A stretch of 64,000 nucleotides of DNA, from the NCBI GenBank assembly GCA_963783055.1, contig CAWAMB010000004.1, positions 1,763,368 to 1,827,367 on the forward strand. Reading direction: 5' to 3'. Shown piece by piece: positions 26,945-34,908 of this stretch (its first letter is position 1; each line of letters opens with the position of its first letter). Below the pieces are notes generated by a model. It was given only the letters and a program-made list of their open reading frames with translations, had not been told where the DNA came from and made no database searches. The stretch comes from an uncultured Chloroflexia bacterium (GTDB lineage Bacteria > Chloroflexota > Limnocylindria > Limnocylindrales > CSP1-4). The translations under genes and the position numbers were made by a program.

Positions 26945-29530
26945 CTAGCTGGACACCGGCTCCTTGGCGAGATGGCGCTGCATCGCCGCCTTGCGGGACA
27001 GGTTGACCCGTCCCTGGCGATCGACTTCCATCACGACGACCATCACCTCGTCGCCGACGGACACGACGTCCTCGACGGTCGGCACGTGGTAGTCGGCCAG
27101 CTCGCCGATCCGGACGAGGCCTTCCTTGCCCGGCAGGATCTCGACGAACGCGCCGAAGCCCATGATCCGGGTGACCTTGCCGAGGTACAGCGCCCCGACC
27201 TCGACCTCGCGGGTGAGGCTCTCGATCCAGGTGATGGCCTTGCGGGCGTTCTCGCCGGAGACGGCCGCGATCTCGACCGTGCCGTCGTCCTCGACATTGA
27301 TCTCGGTCGAGGTCTCTTCCTGGATCTTGCGGATCATCGATCCGCCCTTGCCGATGATCTCGCGGATCTTCTCCGGGTTGATCTTGATCGTGGTGATGCG
27401 CGGCGCGAAGTCGCTCATCTCGCCACGGGCCTCGGGCATGACCTCGGTCATCTTGTCGAGGATCTCGAGGCGGGCCGCCAGGGCCTGCTTCAGACCGTCG
27501 CGGATGATGGCCTCGTTGATGCCCTGGACCTTGATGTCCATCTGGAGGGCGGTGATCCCGTCGCGGGTGCCGGTGACCTTGAAGTCCATGTCACCGACCG
27601 AGTCCTCCTTGCCGAGGATGTCGGTCAGGACGACGAACCGGCCGTCGGGCTCGCTGATCAGGCCCATCGCCGCGCCGGCGACGGGAGCCGAGATCGGCAC
27701 CCCGGCATCCATCAGGGCGAGGGTCGAGCCGCAGGTCGAGGCCATCGAGGTCGAGCCGTTGGAGCTCATGCACTCGGACACGAGCCGGATGACGTACGGG
27801 AACTCGTCGTGCGGCGGGAGCACCGGGATCAGCGCCCGCTCGGCGAGGTTGCCGTGCCCGATGTCGCGCCGGCTGGGGCCGCGCATGGGCTTGTTCTCGC
27901 CCGTGGAATAGGGCGGGAAGTTGTAGTGGTGGATGTACTTCTTCTCGGTCTTCGGGCTGATCGTGTCGATCCGCTGGACGTCCGAGGACGCCCCGAGGGT
28001 CGCGATCGTCAGGACCTGCGTCTCGCCGCGGGTGAAGAGGCCGGAGCCGTGGGCCCGGGGCAGGATGCCGACATCGACCGAGATGTCGCGCAGCTGCGTC
28101 GTGCCGCGGCCGTCCATCCGGATGCCCTCGTCGAGCGCCAGCGTGCGGCACGTCTTCTTGTAGACGAGGCTCCACAGGTTCTTGCTGAGGCGGGCCTTGC
28201 GGCGAGCGTCCTCGAGCTTGGTCTTGGCCTCGTCCTTCGAGGTCCGGTTGGCGCGGACCGCGTCGGAGATCTCGGCCTTCGCGGTGGCGATCCGGCCCGG
28301 CAGGTCGGTTGCGAAGCGGAGCAGCAGGTTGGCCGTGGCCTCGGCGTCCGGCACGGCCCGGTGGCTCTGGGTCAGATCGACCCCGAAGAACCCGGCCAGG
28401 GTGTCGAGCTTGTAGTTCTGGAGATCCGGATAGCCCTCGCGGGCGATCGTCAGGGTGTCGAGGTAACGGTCCTGCGCGTAGCGCGGGGCGCCGGCCTCCT
28501 CGAGGAACCCGAGGTCGAACACGACGTTGTGACCGACGACGATGGCGTCACCGATGAAGTCGACGGCCTGCTTGGCCGCGTCGGCCGGGCTCGCCCCCTT
28601 CGCGACGTCCTTGTCGGTGATGCCGTGCATCTGGTTGCCGAGGATCGGCTGTGACGGCTTGACGAACGTCGACCAGCGATCGCTGATCTTGCCGCCCTTG
28701 ACCTTGACGACGCCGATCTCGAGGAGGTCGGACATCTTCGGGTCGGTGCCGGTGGTCTCGACATCGACGATCGCGAACTCGCGCTTGGCGTCGACGGCGG
28801 CCACGAAGTCGAGGACCGAGCCGGTACCGGGCTCGAGGTAGGGCGAGCGCTTGGGCTTGCCGACGGCCTCGCGGAGCTGCTCCTGGATGTCGATGAGCGG
28901 CTGCAGCGCGCGGTGGCCGAACAGGATCGCCTCGGCCATGACGTCCTCGGGCAGGAGCTTGGCGCCCGCCTCGACCATCATGATGGCGTCGCGCGTGCCG
29001 GACACGATCAGGTCGAGCTCCGAGTCGGCGAGCTCGCTGAAGGTCGGGTTGACGACGAACTCGCCGCCGATGCGGCCGATCCGGACGGCGCCGACGGGGC
29101 CGGCGAACGGGATCTCGCTGATCGTCAGGGCGGCCGACGCGGCGATCGTGCCGAGCACGTCGGGCTCGTTCTCCTGGTCGGTCGAGAGGACCGTGATCAC
29201 GAGCTGGATGTCGTCCTTGTAGCCCTCGGGGAAGAGCGGCCGGATCGGGCGGTCGGTCAGGCGGGCGGCGAGCGTCGCGGCCTCGGAGGCACGCGCCTCA
29301 CGCTTGATGAAGCCGCCCGGGATCTTGCCCGCGGCGTACATCCGCTCCTCGAACTCGACCGTCAACGGGAAGAAGTCGAGGCCGGGCCGGGGGTCCGACC
29401 GGTTGGCCGTCCCGAGGATGAAGGTGTCGCCGTAGCGGACCGTGACGGCCCCGCCGGCGAGTCGGGCGAGCTTGCCCGTCTCGATGGTCAGCGTGCGACC
29501 ACCGATCTGCGTCTCGAATGTCTGAGACAA
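26945..29530 (-). CDS. pnp: Polyribonucleotide nucleotidyltransferase (PNPase) with an inserted DEDDh 3'-5' exonuclease domain
   Basis: 861 aa from the TTG at 29530, with AAGGAGG 8 nt upstream. It has two RNase PH domains (second PH motif [16 protein letters not shown]), KH ([11 protein letters not shown]) and S1 ([23 protein letters not shown]). Extra ExoI/II/III motifs lie at about 28310-28790. Confidence 0.9.
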   Translation of the reverse strand: MSQTFETQIGGRTLTIETGKLARLAGGAVTVRYGDTFILGTANRSDPRPGLDFFPLTVEFEERMYAAGKIPGGFIKREARASEAATLAARLTDRPIRPLFPEGYKDDIQLVITVLSTDQENEPDVLGTIAASAALTISEIPFAGPVGAVRIGRIGGEFVVNPTFSELADSELDLIVSGTRDAIMMVEAGAKLLPEDVMAEAILFGHRALQPLIDIQEQLREAVGKPKRSPYLEPGTGSVLDFVAAVDAKREFAIVDVETTGTDPKMSDLLEIGVVKVKGGKISDRWSTFVKPSQPILGNQMHGITDKDVAKGASPADAAKQAVDFIGDAIVVGHNVVFDLGFLEEAGAPRYAQDRYLDTLTIAREGYPDLQNYKLDTLAGFFGVDLTQSHRAVPDAEATANLLLRFATDLPGRIATAKAEISDAVRANRTSKDEAKTKLEDARRKARLSKNLWSLVYKKTCRTLALDEGIRMDGRGTTQLRDISVDVGILPRAHGSGLFTRGETQVLTIATLGASSDVQRIDTISPKTEKKYIHHYNFPPYSTGENKPMRGPSRRDIGHGNLAERALIPVLPPHDEFPYVIRLVSECMSSNGSTSMASTCGSTLALMDAGVPISAPVAGAAMGLISEPDGRFVVLTDILGKEDSVGDMDFKVTGTRDGITALQMDIKVQGINEAIIRDGLKQALAARLEILDKMTEVMPEARGEMSDFAPRITTIKINPEKIREIIGKGGSMIRKIQEETSTEINVEDDGTVEIAAVSGENARKAITWIESLTREVEVGALYLGKVTRIMGFGAFVEILPGKEGLVRIGELADYHVPTVEDVVSVGDEVMVVVMEVDRQGRVNLSRKAAMQRHLAKEPVSS

Positions 29531-29672
29531 GGGAATGTTCCTCCTTGGTCGTGGAGGAAGGAAGCGACCTGCTGCAGGTTGGCCGTCTGCGCCTGGCTGA
29601 ACGTCGAGTGCGGTCGGACCCGGATGGCCCGGGGTCAACTACCCCGGATCCCTTCGGGGTTCCGTGCTGACG
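29531..29672 (-). promoter_or_regulatory. rpsO-pnp intergenic leader with stem-loops (candidate attenuator/processing region)
   Basis: The minus-strand RNA can form GGAACCC-CGAA-GGGAUCC (about 29646-29663, right after the rpsO stop) and CCGGGG-UAGUUGA-CCCCGG (29629-29647). The function is inferred only by analogy with rpsO-pnp leaders elsewhere. Confidence 0.4.
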
Positions 29673-29942
29673 CTAGCGGCGGAGTCCGAGCCGTCCGATG
29701 ACGGCGCGGTATCGCGTGTTGTCCTTCTTGATCAGATAGGCAAGAAGGCGCCGACGCTGGCCGACGAGCTTGAGGAGGCCGCGACGCGAATGGTTGTCCT
29801 TGGGGAAGCTGCGGAGATGGTCGGTCAGGCTCCGGATCCGCTCGGTCAAGAGCGCGATCTGGACCTCCGGCGACCCGGTGTCACCTTCCTTGGTGGCATA
29901 CCCGGTCATGATCTCCTGCTTCTGTTCCCGCGCGAGCGGCAC
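29673..29942 (-). CDS. rpsO: 30S ribosomal protein S15
   Basis: 89 aa from the GTG at 29942, with a GGAGGA RBS. It has [51 protein letters not shown]. Confidence 0.95.
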   Translation of the reverse strand: MPLAREQKQEIMTGYATKEGDTGSPEVQIALLTERIRSLTDHLRSFPKDNHSRRGLLKLVGQRRRLLAYLIKKDNTRYRAVIGRLGLRR

Positions 29943-29995
29943 TCGTTCCTCCGAAACACGAACTTCTTCGTTGCTGTTCTTTCTATGACCGGCGA

Positions 29996-30004
29996 ACGGT
30001 AGCA
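29996..30004 (-). promoter_or_regulatory. Extended -10-like nonamer TGCTACCGT about 53 nt upstream of rpsO
   Basis: The same nonamer sits immediately upstream of the DUF3291 gene. The leader between it and the GTG is unusually AT-rich (cauagaaagaacagcaacgaagaaguucg). Confidence 0.45.
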
Positions 30005-30055
30005 CGAGTCCGGTTTGGCGGGCAAGCGAAGAGGTACGTGGTTCGCCTTGCCCGA

Positions 30056-30574
30056 TCAGGCCGGAACGGGCGTCGGCCAGCAGAACTCCGCGTCGATCTC
30101 GGACGGGTCGGGGGCGGCCGATCCGGGCGGGCCGAACGGCTGGCGGAAGGTGAAGGCCTCCGCAGTGGGGCCGTCGCGGCGGAGGCGCTCGACCCGTTCG
30201 AGGGCCTCCTGCGGGCTGGGCAGCGCCCCGGCTTCGATCCACCACAGGGCGAAGTGCGGCTCGATGTGGCGCTCGAACCAGGCCCGGCGCTGGCGGAGAA
30301 CGTCCGTGTGCGCCGTGGCGTACGTGAAGTCGCGGAGCGTCTCGATCGACTCCCAGACGGACAGGTTGATGATGAACAGCTCGTCGTCGGTCAGGTGGAT
30401 GTCGGTGGCGTTGCCGACATCGGATTTGAGGCGCCAGACATAGCCGGGACTCGCCTCGGCCAGCCGGTTGATCGGGTCGAGGCCGGCGACGAAGCCGGCG
30501 ATCCGGGCGTCATCGATCGGGGCGAGGAGCCGGCCGACATTGATCTGAGCCAGATGGAACGGTTTGTCGCTCAT
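30056..30574 (-). CDS. DUF3291 domain protein
   Basis: It has [17 protein letters not shown]...VWRLKSD...[20 protein letters not shown], typical of DUF3291. I prefer ATG 30574 (MSDKP...), 7 nt after a -10 nonamer, which would make it leaderless. The listed ORF starts at GTG 30583. Confidence 0.75.
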   Translation of the reverse strand: MSDKPFHLAQINVGRLLAPIDDARIAGFVAGLDPINRLAEASPGYVWRLKSDVGNATDIHLTDDELFIINLSVWESIETLRDFTYATAHTDVLRQRRAWFERHIEPHFALWWIEAGALPSPQEALERVERLRRDGPTAEAFTFRQPFGPPGSAAPDPSEIDAEFCWPTPVPA

Positions 30575-30581
30575 GGCGGGC

Positions 30582-30590
30582 ACGGTAGCA
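30582..30590 (-). promoter_or_regulatory. Extended -10-like nonamer TGCTACCGT 7 nt upstream of ATG 30574 (candidate leaderless promoter of the DUF3291 gene)
   Basis: Minus strand reads ggTGCTACCGTgcccgccATG. The nonamer is identical to the one upstream of rpsO. Confidence 0.45.
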
Positions 30591-30642
30591 CCGGGCGCGG
30601 GCCGTCGCCGTCGATCCGGTCCGAGCCCGGCAGCTCCGGCGT

Positions 30643-30800
30643 CACCAGCCAGGCTGGTGCTCCGGCCATCGTCGACACCGTCATGTCCGGGTCACCAGCC
30701 GGGCTGGTGCGCGGGTGGGACCTCGGGGCCGGGTGCCCGAAACACCAGTTGGACTGGTGGTATCGGGGATCAGCTCGAGGTAGCACCACCCGAGGTGGTG
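30643..30800. repeat. Array of four related 17-bp palindromes (CACCAGCC-N-GGCTGGTG type), three of them exactly 50 bp apart
   Basis: The copies are CACCAGCCaGGCTGGTG at 30643-30659, CACCAGCCgGGCTGGTG at 30693-30709, CACCAGTTgGACTGGTG at 30743-30759 and CACCACCcgaGGTGGTG at 30784-30800. The last lies inside the 3' end of the HTH-nuclease ORF. Confidence 0.8.
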
Positions 30801-31552
30801 TTCCGGTCAGTCAGGGCGGTCGACGAGCGTGGCCGCGCACGAACGCGTTGCCCTGCCCCCAGTCGAGCCACCGGAGCACCAGCCGCACCGGTAGCCCGAA
30901 GGAACCAGATCGAACGCAAATCGCCAATCGGCTCCTGGATCCAGCGCCGCGTCTGGACCGTCCGGCCCGGCAGCGTCGTCGCGAACGTGGCGGTGTGCGC
31001 CGCGACGGCATCGCGAGACGTTGACGACGCTGGCAACACGAGGATCCTGGCGAGGCTCGCTGGGCGCCAACCCCGCTCGCCCGGCAGGACTTCGCGCGCG
31101 ACTCGGACCTTCCGGTCGAGCGTCCCGAGCAACTCCTGGAGGTCGACGATCCTCGTCTTCACCTCGATCACCGCAAGCGCAGCTCGGGCCGGATGCCAGG
31201 CCAAGACGTCGACGGCCCCGCGCTCGCCGAACCGATTGAACGACCACTCGACCTCGCTGAACCAACCGCCAGTACGAAACTCAGTGACGACTGCCTCGAC
31301 GATGGCGGCGTGCCCCGCGTCGAGCAGCCGATCGAGTTCGGGGCCGCGCCAGCGTGGCGCAATCGAGGTCTCGATCCCGAGGACGGCGCAGACCCGACGA
31401 AGGGTGGCCAGATCGACCTCCTCGAGGCGTCCGAGATCGATGATCGAGACCGTTTGCTGCGAGACGCCGGCTCGTCCCGCAACGTCCCGCTGGCGTAGCC
31501 AAAGCCGCCTGCGGATCGCGCGGATGATCGAGCCGACCCGGATGTCGTCCAC
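30770..31552 (-). CDS. XRE-type HTH protein fused to a PD-(D/E)xK-like nuclease-fold domain
   Basis: 260-aa ORF from a GTG start. The N-terminal HTH is IRAIRRRLWLRQRDVAGRAGVSQQTVSIIDLG. The central GERGAVDVLAWHPARAALAVIEVKT fits D-x13-E-x-K. The domain call comes from the motif only. Confidence 0.6.
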   Translation of the reverse strand: MDDIRVGSIIRAIRRRLWLRQRDVAGRAGVSQQTVSIIDLGRLEEVDLATLRRVCAVLGIETSIAPRWRGPELDRLLDAGHAAIVEAVVTEFRTGGWFSEVEWSFNRFGERGAVDVLAWHPARAALAVIEVKTRIVDLQELLGTLDRKVRVAREVLPGERGWRPASLARILVLPASSTSRDAVAAHTATFATTLPGRTVQTRRWIQEPIGDLRSIWFLRATGAAGAPVARLGAGQRVRARPRSSTALTDRNTTSGGATSS

Positions 31553-31609
31553 TCCGGAGAGGTTGGACGGCCCTCCTGATGCAGGGCTGCGTTCCGGCTA
31601 GATCGTCGC

Positions 31610-32374
31610 TTACCCCTCGATCGACCCGAACTCGACCCGGAGACTCGATCGCGCCCTTCCGGGGTGATCGGCGAGGATCAACATGTCGTTCTCCCGGCGC
31701 GCGGTCGTCGCTGGCCCGTCGAAACCCGTCACGCGGTAGTCGCCCGGCGGCGGCAACGCGACCGGCATGCCGAACGTCATCCGTCCGGAGTCGTCGAGAT
31801 CACCGATGACGGCGTACGGACGCCCGAGCAGCCGTGTGGCAACCGCCAGGTCGCCCGCCGCAATGGCCGCGCGGATCTCCGAGGACCGGACTTCGCGACC
31901 ATCCAGCGCGAAGGGTGGCACGACGACGACCTCGAACCCGTCGGCAGCGCCGAGCGCGGCCACCGTCTCGGGCGTCCCGGCGCGATCGTGCCCGAACGCC
32001 GCATCGGGCGTCATGACGAGCCCGGCGAGCGCGCAGTGGTTCGTGATCCCGTGGAGGAACGCGTCGTACGGCGTCTGGCGCAGCGCTTCGTCGAAGTGCT
32101 CGACGACGACCACCTCCACGCCGAGCGCGGCGAGACGCTGGAGCCGCTCCGCCGGATCCATGAGCAGCGGCGGCGCATGGCCGAGCAGGACGGCGTCGGG
32201 ATGGGCGTCGAATGTGATCACCGCCGGTCGGGCGTTGCGGGCCGCGGCCTCACGGACGAGATGCTCGAGCAGCCAGACGTGGCCGAGATGGAGGCCATCG
32301 AACACGCCGACGACGACCATCAGCGGTCCGTCGGCCGCCTCGAGCTCTCCCCGGCCGAGCGCCGTCCTCACCAC
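31610..32374 (-). CDS. ribF: FAD synthetase (RibF) with a short, degenerate riboflavin-kinase domain
   Basis: 254 aa. The N-terminus VVGVFDGLHLGHVWLL and ITFDAHP are FMN adenylyltransferase motifs. After LLGRPY the kinase part is only about 70 aa and lacks the usual GFPTAN motif (it reads FGMPVAL instead). Confidence 0.75.
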   Translation of the reverse strand: MVRTALGRGELEAADGPLMVVVGVFDGLHLGHVWLLEHLVREAAARNARPAVITFDAHPDAVLLGHAPPLLMDPAERLQRLAALGVEVVVVEHFDEALRQTPYDAFLHGITNHCALAGLVMTPDAAFGHDRAGTPETVAALGAADGFEVVVVPPFALDGREVRSSEIRAAIAAGDLAVATRLLGRPYAVIGDLDDSGRMTFGMPVALPPPGDYRVTGFDGPATTARRENDMLILADHPGRARSSLRVEFGSIEG

Positions 32375-32387
32375 GTGCCCTCGGCGC

Positions 32388-33338
32388 TCAGGCGGGCTCG
32401 GCGCCGGACGGCGCGTCGATCAGGACCTTGTCGGGCGCGAGCTTGCTGCCGGCAAGACGGGCGATCGCGAGAAGCCGGCCTGATTCGTCGACGAGCCGGA
32501 TCGGCGTCTCCGGAGCGAGCACCGGTGTCCCGGCCGGGACCCCGATCGCCTGGCCCCGGCCGATCGCCACGAACGCGGCATCGGGGACCACGACCGTCGG
32601 GAGATCGAGCCCGGCATCGATCGGCAGGAGGAGTGCGGCAACCGCCTCCGGCCCGTCGACGGCGGCGGCCCGGACCGCCTCCAGATCGATGGCGCCGGCC
32701 AGCTCGAATGGCCCGCTCGCCGTCCGCGTGAGCGCTCCGAGATAGGCGGCGCTGCCCACCGCCTCCCCCAGATCGCGAGCCAATGAGCGGATGTACGTGC
32801 CGGCCGAGCACTCCACGTCCACGATCGCCACCGGCTCGCCGTCGGTGGTGGCATCCCATGACACGAGATCGAGGGCGTGAATCGTCACCGCTCGCGCGGC
32901 CAATTCCACCGTCTCGCCGGCCCGGGCCAGGGCGTACGCTCGACGGCCGGCGACCTTGATCGCGCTGTACGCCGGTGGCCGCTGCTCGATCGGACCGCGG
33001 AAGCCGTCCAGGGCCGCCTCGACGACGTCGCGAGTGGGGACCGGGCCGTCAGCCGGCGTCAGCGCGCCCTCGAGGTCGTCCGTCGTCGACGAAGCGCCGA
33101 AGCAGACGGTCGCTCGATAGCGCTTCCGATCGCCGAGATGGAACTCGACGAGGCGCGTCGCCTTGCCCAGGAACACGGGCAGGACGCCGCTGGCGAACGG
33201 ATCGAGGGTGCCGCCGTGGCCGACCCGCTTCGTGGCGGACAGGCGTCGAACCAGGCCGACGACGTCGTGCGAGGTCGGGCCGACCGGCTTGGCGACGACC
33301 AGGACGCCGTCCAGCGCCGACCCTCCGGTCCGCTTCAG
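32388..33338 (-). CDS. truB: tRNA pseudouridine(55) synthase TruB; the 5' end is uncertain (no canonical start upstream of the catalytic motif)
   Basis: The listed ORF starts at GTG 33176, but the in-frame upstream sequence reads LKRTGGSALDGVLVVAKPVGPTSHDVVGLVRRLSATKRVGHGGTLDPFASGVLP and contains the catalytic-Asp motif. The only plausible start is CTG 33338, in a CTGA overlap with the nrnA stop. Confidence 0.75.
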   Translation of the reverse strand: MKRTGGSALDGVLVVAKPVGPTSHDVVGLVRRLSATKRVGHGGTLDPFASGVLPVFLGKATRLVEFHLGDRKRYRATVCFGASSTTDDLEGALTPADGPVPTRDVVEAALDGFRGPIEQRPPAYSAIKVAGRRAYALARAGETVELAARAVTIHALDLVSWDATTDGEPVAIVDVECSAGTYIRSLARDLGEAVGSAAYLGALTRTASGPFELAGAIDLEAVRAAAVDGPEAVAALLLPIDAGLDLPTVVVPDAAFVAIGRGQAIGVPAGTPVLAPETPIRLVDESGRLLAIARLAGSKLAPDKVLIDAPSGAEPA

Positions 33339-34351
33339 CGGGCCACCGCGGCGACCATCCGCTCGGCCTCGGCCAGGACCGCGCGCCGTGCCTCGGCCAC
33401 CGGAAGCGGGATGGTCGCTCCGGCCGCGCGTGCGTGACCGCCACCGCCGAAGGTCCCGGTCAGGACCGTTGCGTCGACACCGCCGGGCTTCGTCCGGACG
33501 CTGATCCGGGTCCCCTCCCCCGCCTCCTTGAAGACGATCGCGACCTCGGCCGCCTCGGACTGGGCGAGCAGGTCGATGATCCCCTCGGAATGCGGCGCGC
33601 TGGCGCCGGTTGCGAGGAGGTCCGCGTCGAGCAGGGTGGAGTGGATGATCCGGCCGTCGGCGGCGGTCTCGAGCCGATCGAGCACGCGGCCGAACAGCTT
33701 CAGCTGGGCATCCGGCTTGGAGCGATACAGCCGGCGCGAGATGTCCGACAACGGAGCACCCGCCTCCACGAGCGCGGCCGACACGGCCAGCGTCCGCGGC
33801 GTCGCGTTCGGGTGGGCGAACGTCGCCGTGTCCATGACGATGCCGGCCATCAGGGCCGCGGCGAGCGCTCCCTCACCCGCGCCGAGCGACACCCCGAGGC
33901 GGGCCGCGAGCAGCGTCACCATCTCGCAGGTGGCGGCGCTGTCCGGCTCGATCCAGTCGGTCTCGCCCGCGGCGTCATTGGAGGCATGGTGGTCGATGAC
34001 GACCCGCGGCAGGCGCTCGAACAGCTCCGGATGGCGACCGCGAACGGACCCGATCCGATCGAGCGAGCCGCAGTCCGACACCACGAGCAGGTCGTAGTCG
34101 ATGGCCGGGTCGGGGTCCGTCCGGGCGCGTGCGGTGTCCGCCAGGAAGTCGTACAGCGGCGGCACGGGGTCGGCAAAGACCGCGGTCGCCGTCGCGCCGC
34201 CGAGCTCCACGAGACGGCAGATCGCGAGCGTCGCGCCGAGCGTGTCGGCATCGGGGTTCTCGTGACCGACCGCCAGCACGCGTCGGGCGGTCGTCAGGCG
34301 ATCGACGACGCGCTGCGGAACGGCGTCGAGCCAGGGGGTGAGGTCGATCAT
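33335..34351 (-). CDS. nrnA: DHH/DHHA1 phosphoesterase, NrnA-like bifunctional oligoribonuclease/pAp phosphatase
   Basis: 338 aa with the DHH motifs HENPDADTLG, VVSDCG and IDHH, and the DHHA1 motif GGGGHARAAG. Confidence 0.8.
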   Translation of the reverse strand: MIDLTPWLDAVPQRVVDRLTTARRVLAVGHENPDADTLGATLAICRLVELGGATATAVFADPVPPLYDFLADTARARTDPDPAIDYDLLVVSDCGSLDRIGSVRGRHPELFERLPRVVIDHHASNDAAGETDWIEPDSAATCEMVTLLAARLGVSLGAGEGALAAALMAGIVMDTATFAHPNATPRTLAVSAALVEAGAPLSDISRRLYRSKPDAQLKLFGRVLDRLETAADGRIIHSTLLDADLLATGASAPHSEGIIDLLAQSEAAEVAIVFKEAGEGTRISVRTKPGGVDATVLTGTFGGGGHARAAGATIPLPVAEARRAVLAEAERMVAAVAR

Positions 34352-34887
34352 CGCCGGCGCTTGCCGGGCACGGTCCGGTTCGTGCGGGAGCCCGGCCGGA
34401 ACGTGCGGCGCTGGAGCTGGGCCCGTTCGGCGGCACCGAGGGCATCCGCCGCGGCGCCGCCAAGGCCCTCGGTCACCGACGGCTCGCCGCGCAGCGGCGT
34501 CGGCTTCGGCAGGGACTCGCCGTCATCGGGCTTGCCCTCGGGCTCGCGCCCGGCCTCGATCTCGTCGAGCAGGTGGAGGATCCGGGTGCCGCGCTCGAGG
34601 GTCTCGTCGAGCTCGAGATGGAACTCCGGGATGCGCTTCATCCGGAGCCGCTTGCCGAGCTCGTGGCGGACGAACGGCATCGCCCGGCCGATGGCGGCGA
34701 GCGTCGTCCGCCGCTCCTCGGGCGAGCCGATCACGCTGACGCGGACCTTGGCGTGGCGCAGGTCGGGCGCGGTCTCGACCGCGATGATCGTGGCGAAGCC
34801 GATCCGGCGATCCTCGACATCGCGGCTGAGGATCGACCCGATCTCCTGCCGGAACAGCTCGTCGATCCGGTCAGTTCGCGCGGTCAT
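34348..34887 (-). CDS. rbfA: Ribosome-binding factor A with a C-terminal low-complexity extension
   Basis: It has RIDELFRQEIGSILSRDVEDRRIGFATIIAVETAPDLRHAKVRVSV and IPEFHLELDE. A 4-nt overlap joins it to nrnA. Confidence 0.85.
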   Translation of the reverse strand: MTARTDRIDELFRQEIGSILSRDVEDRRIGFATIIAVETAPDLRHAKVRVSVIGSPEERRTTLAAIGRAMPFVRHELGKRLRMKRIPEFHLELDETLERGTRILHLLDEIEAGREPEGKPDDGESLPKPTPLRGEPSVTEGLGGAAADALGAAERAQLQRRTFRPGSRTNRTVPGKRRR

Positions 34888-34908
34888 CGAGGCATCAGCC
34901 GGTTCGCG

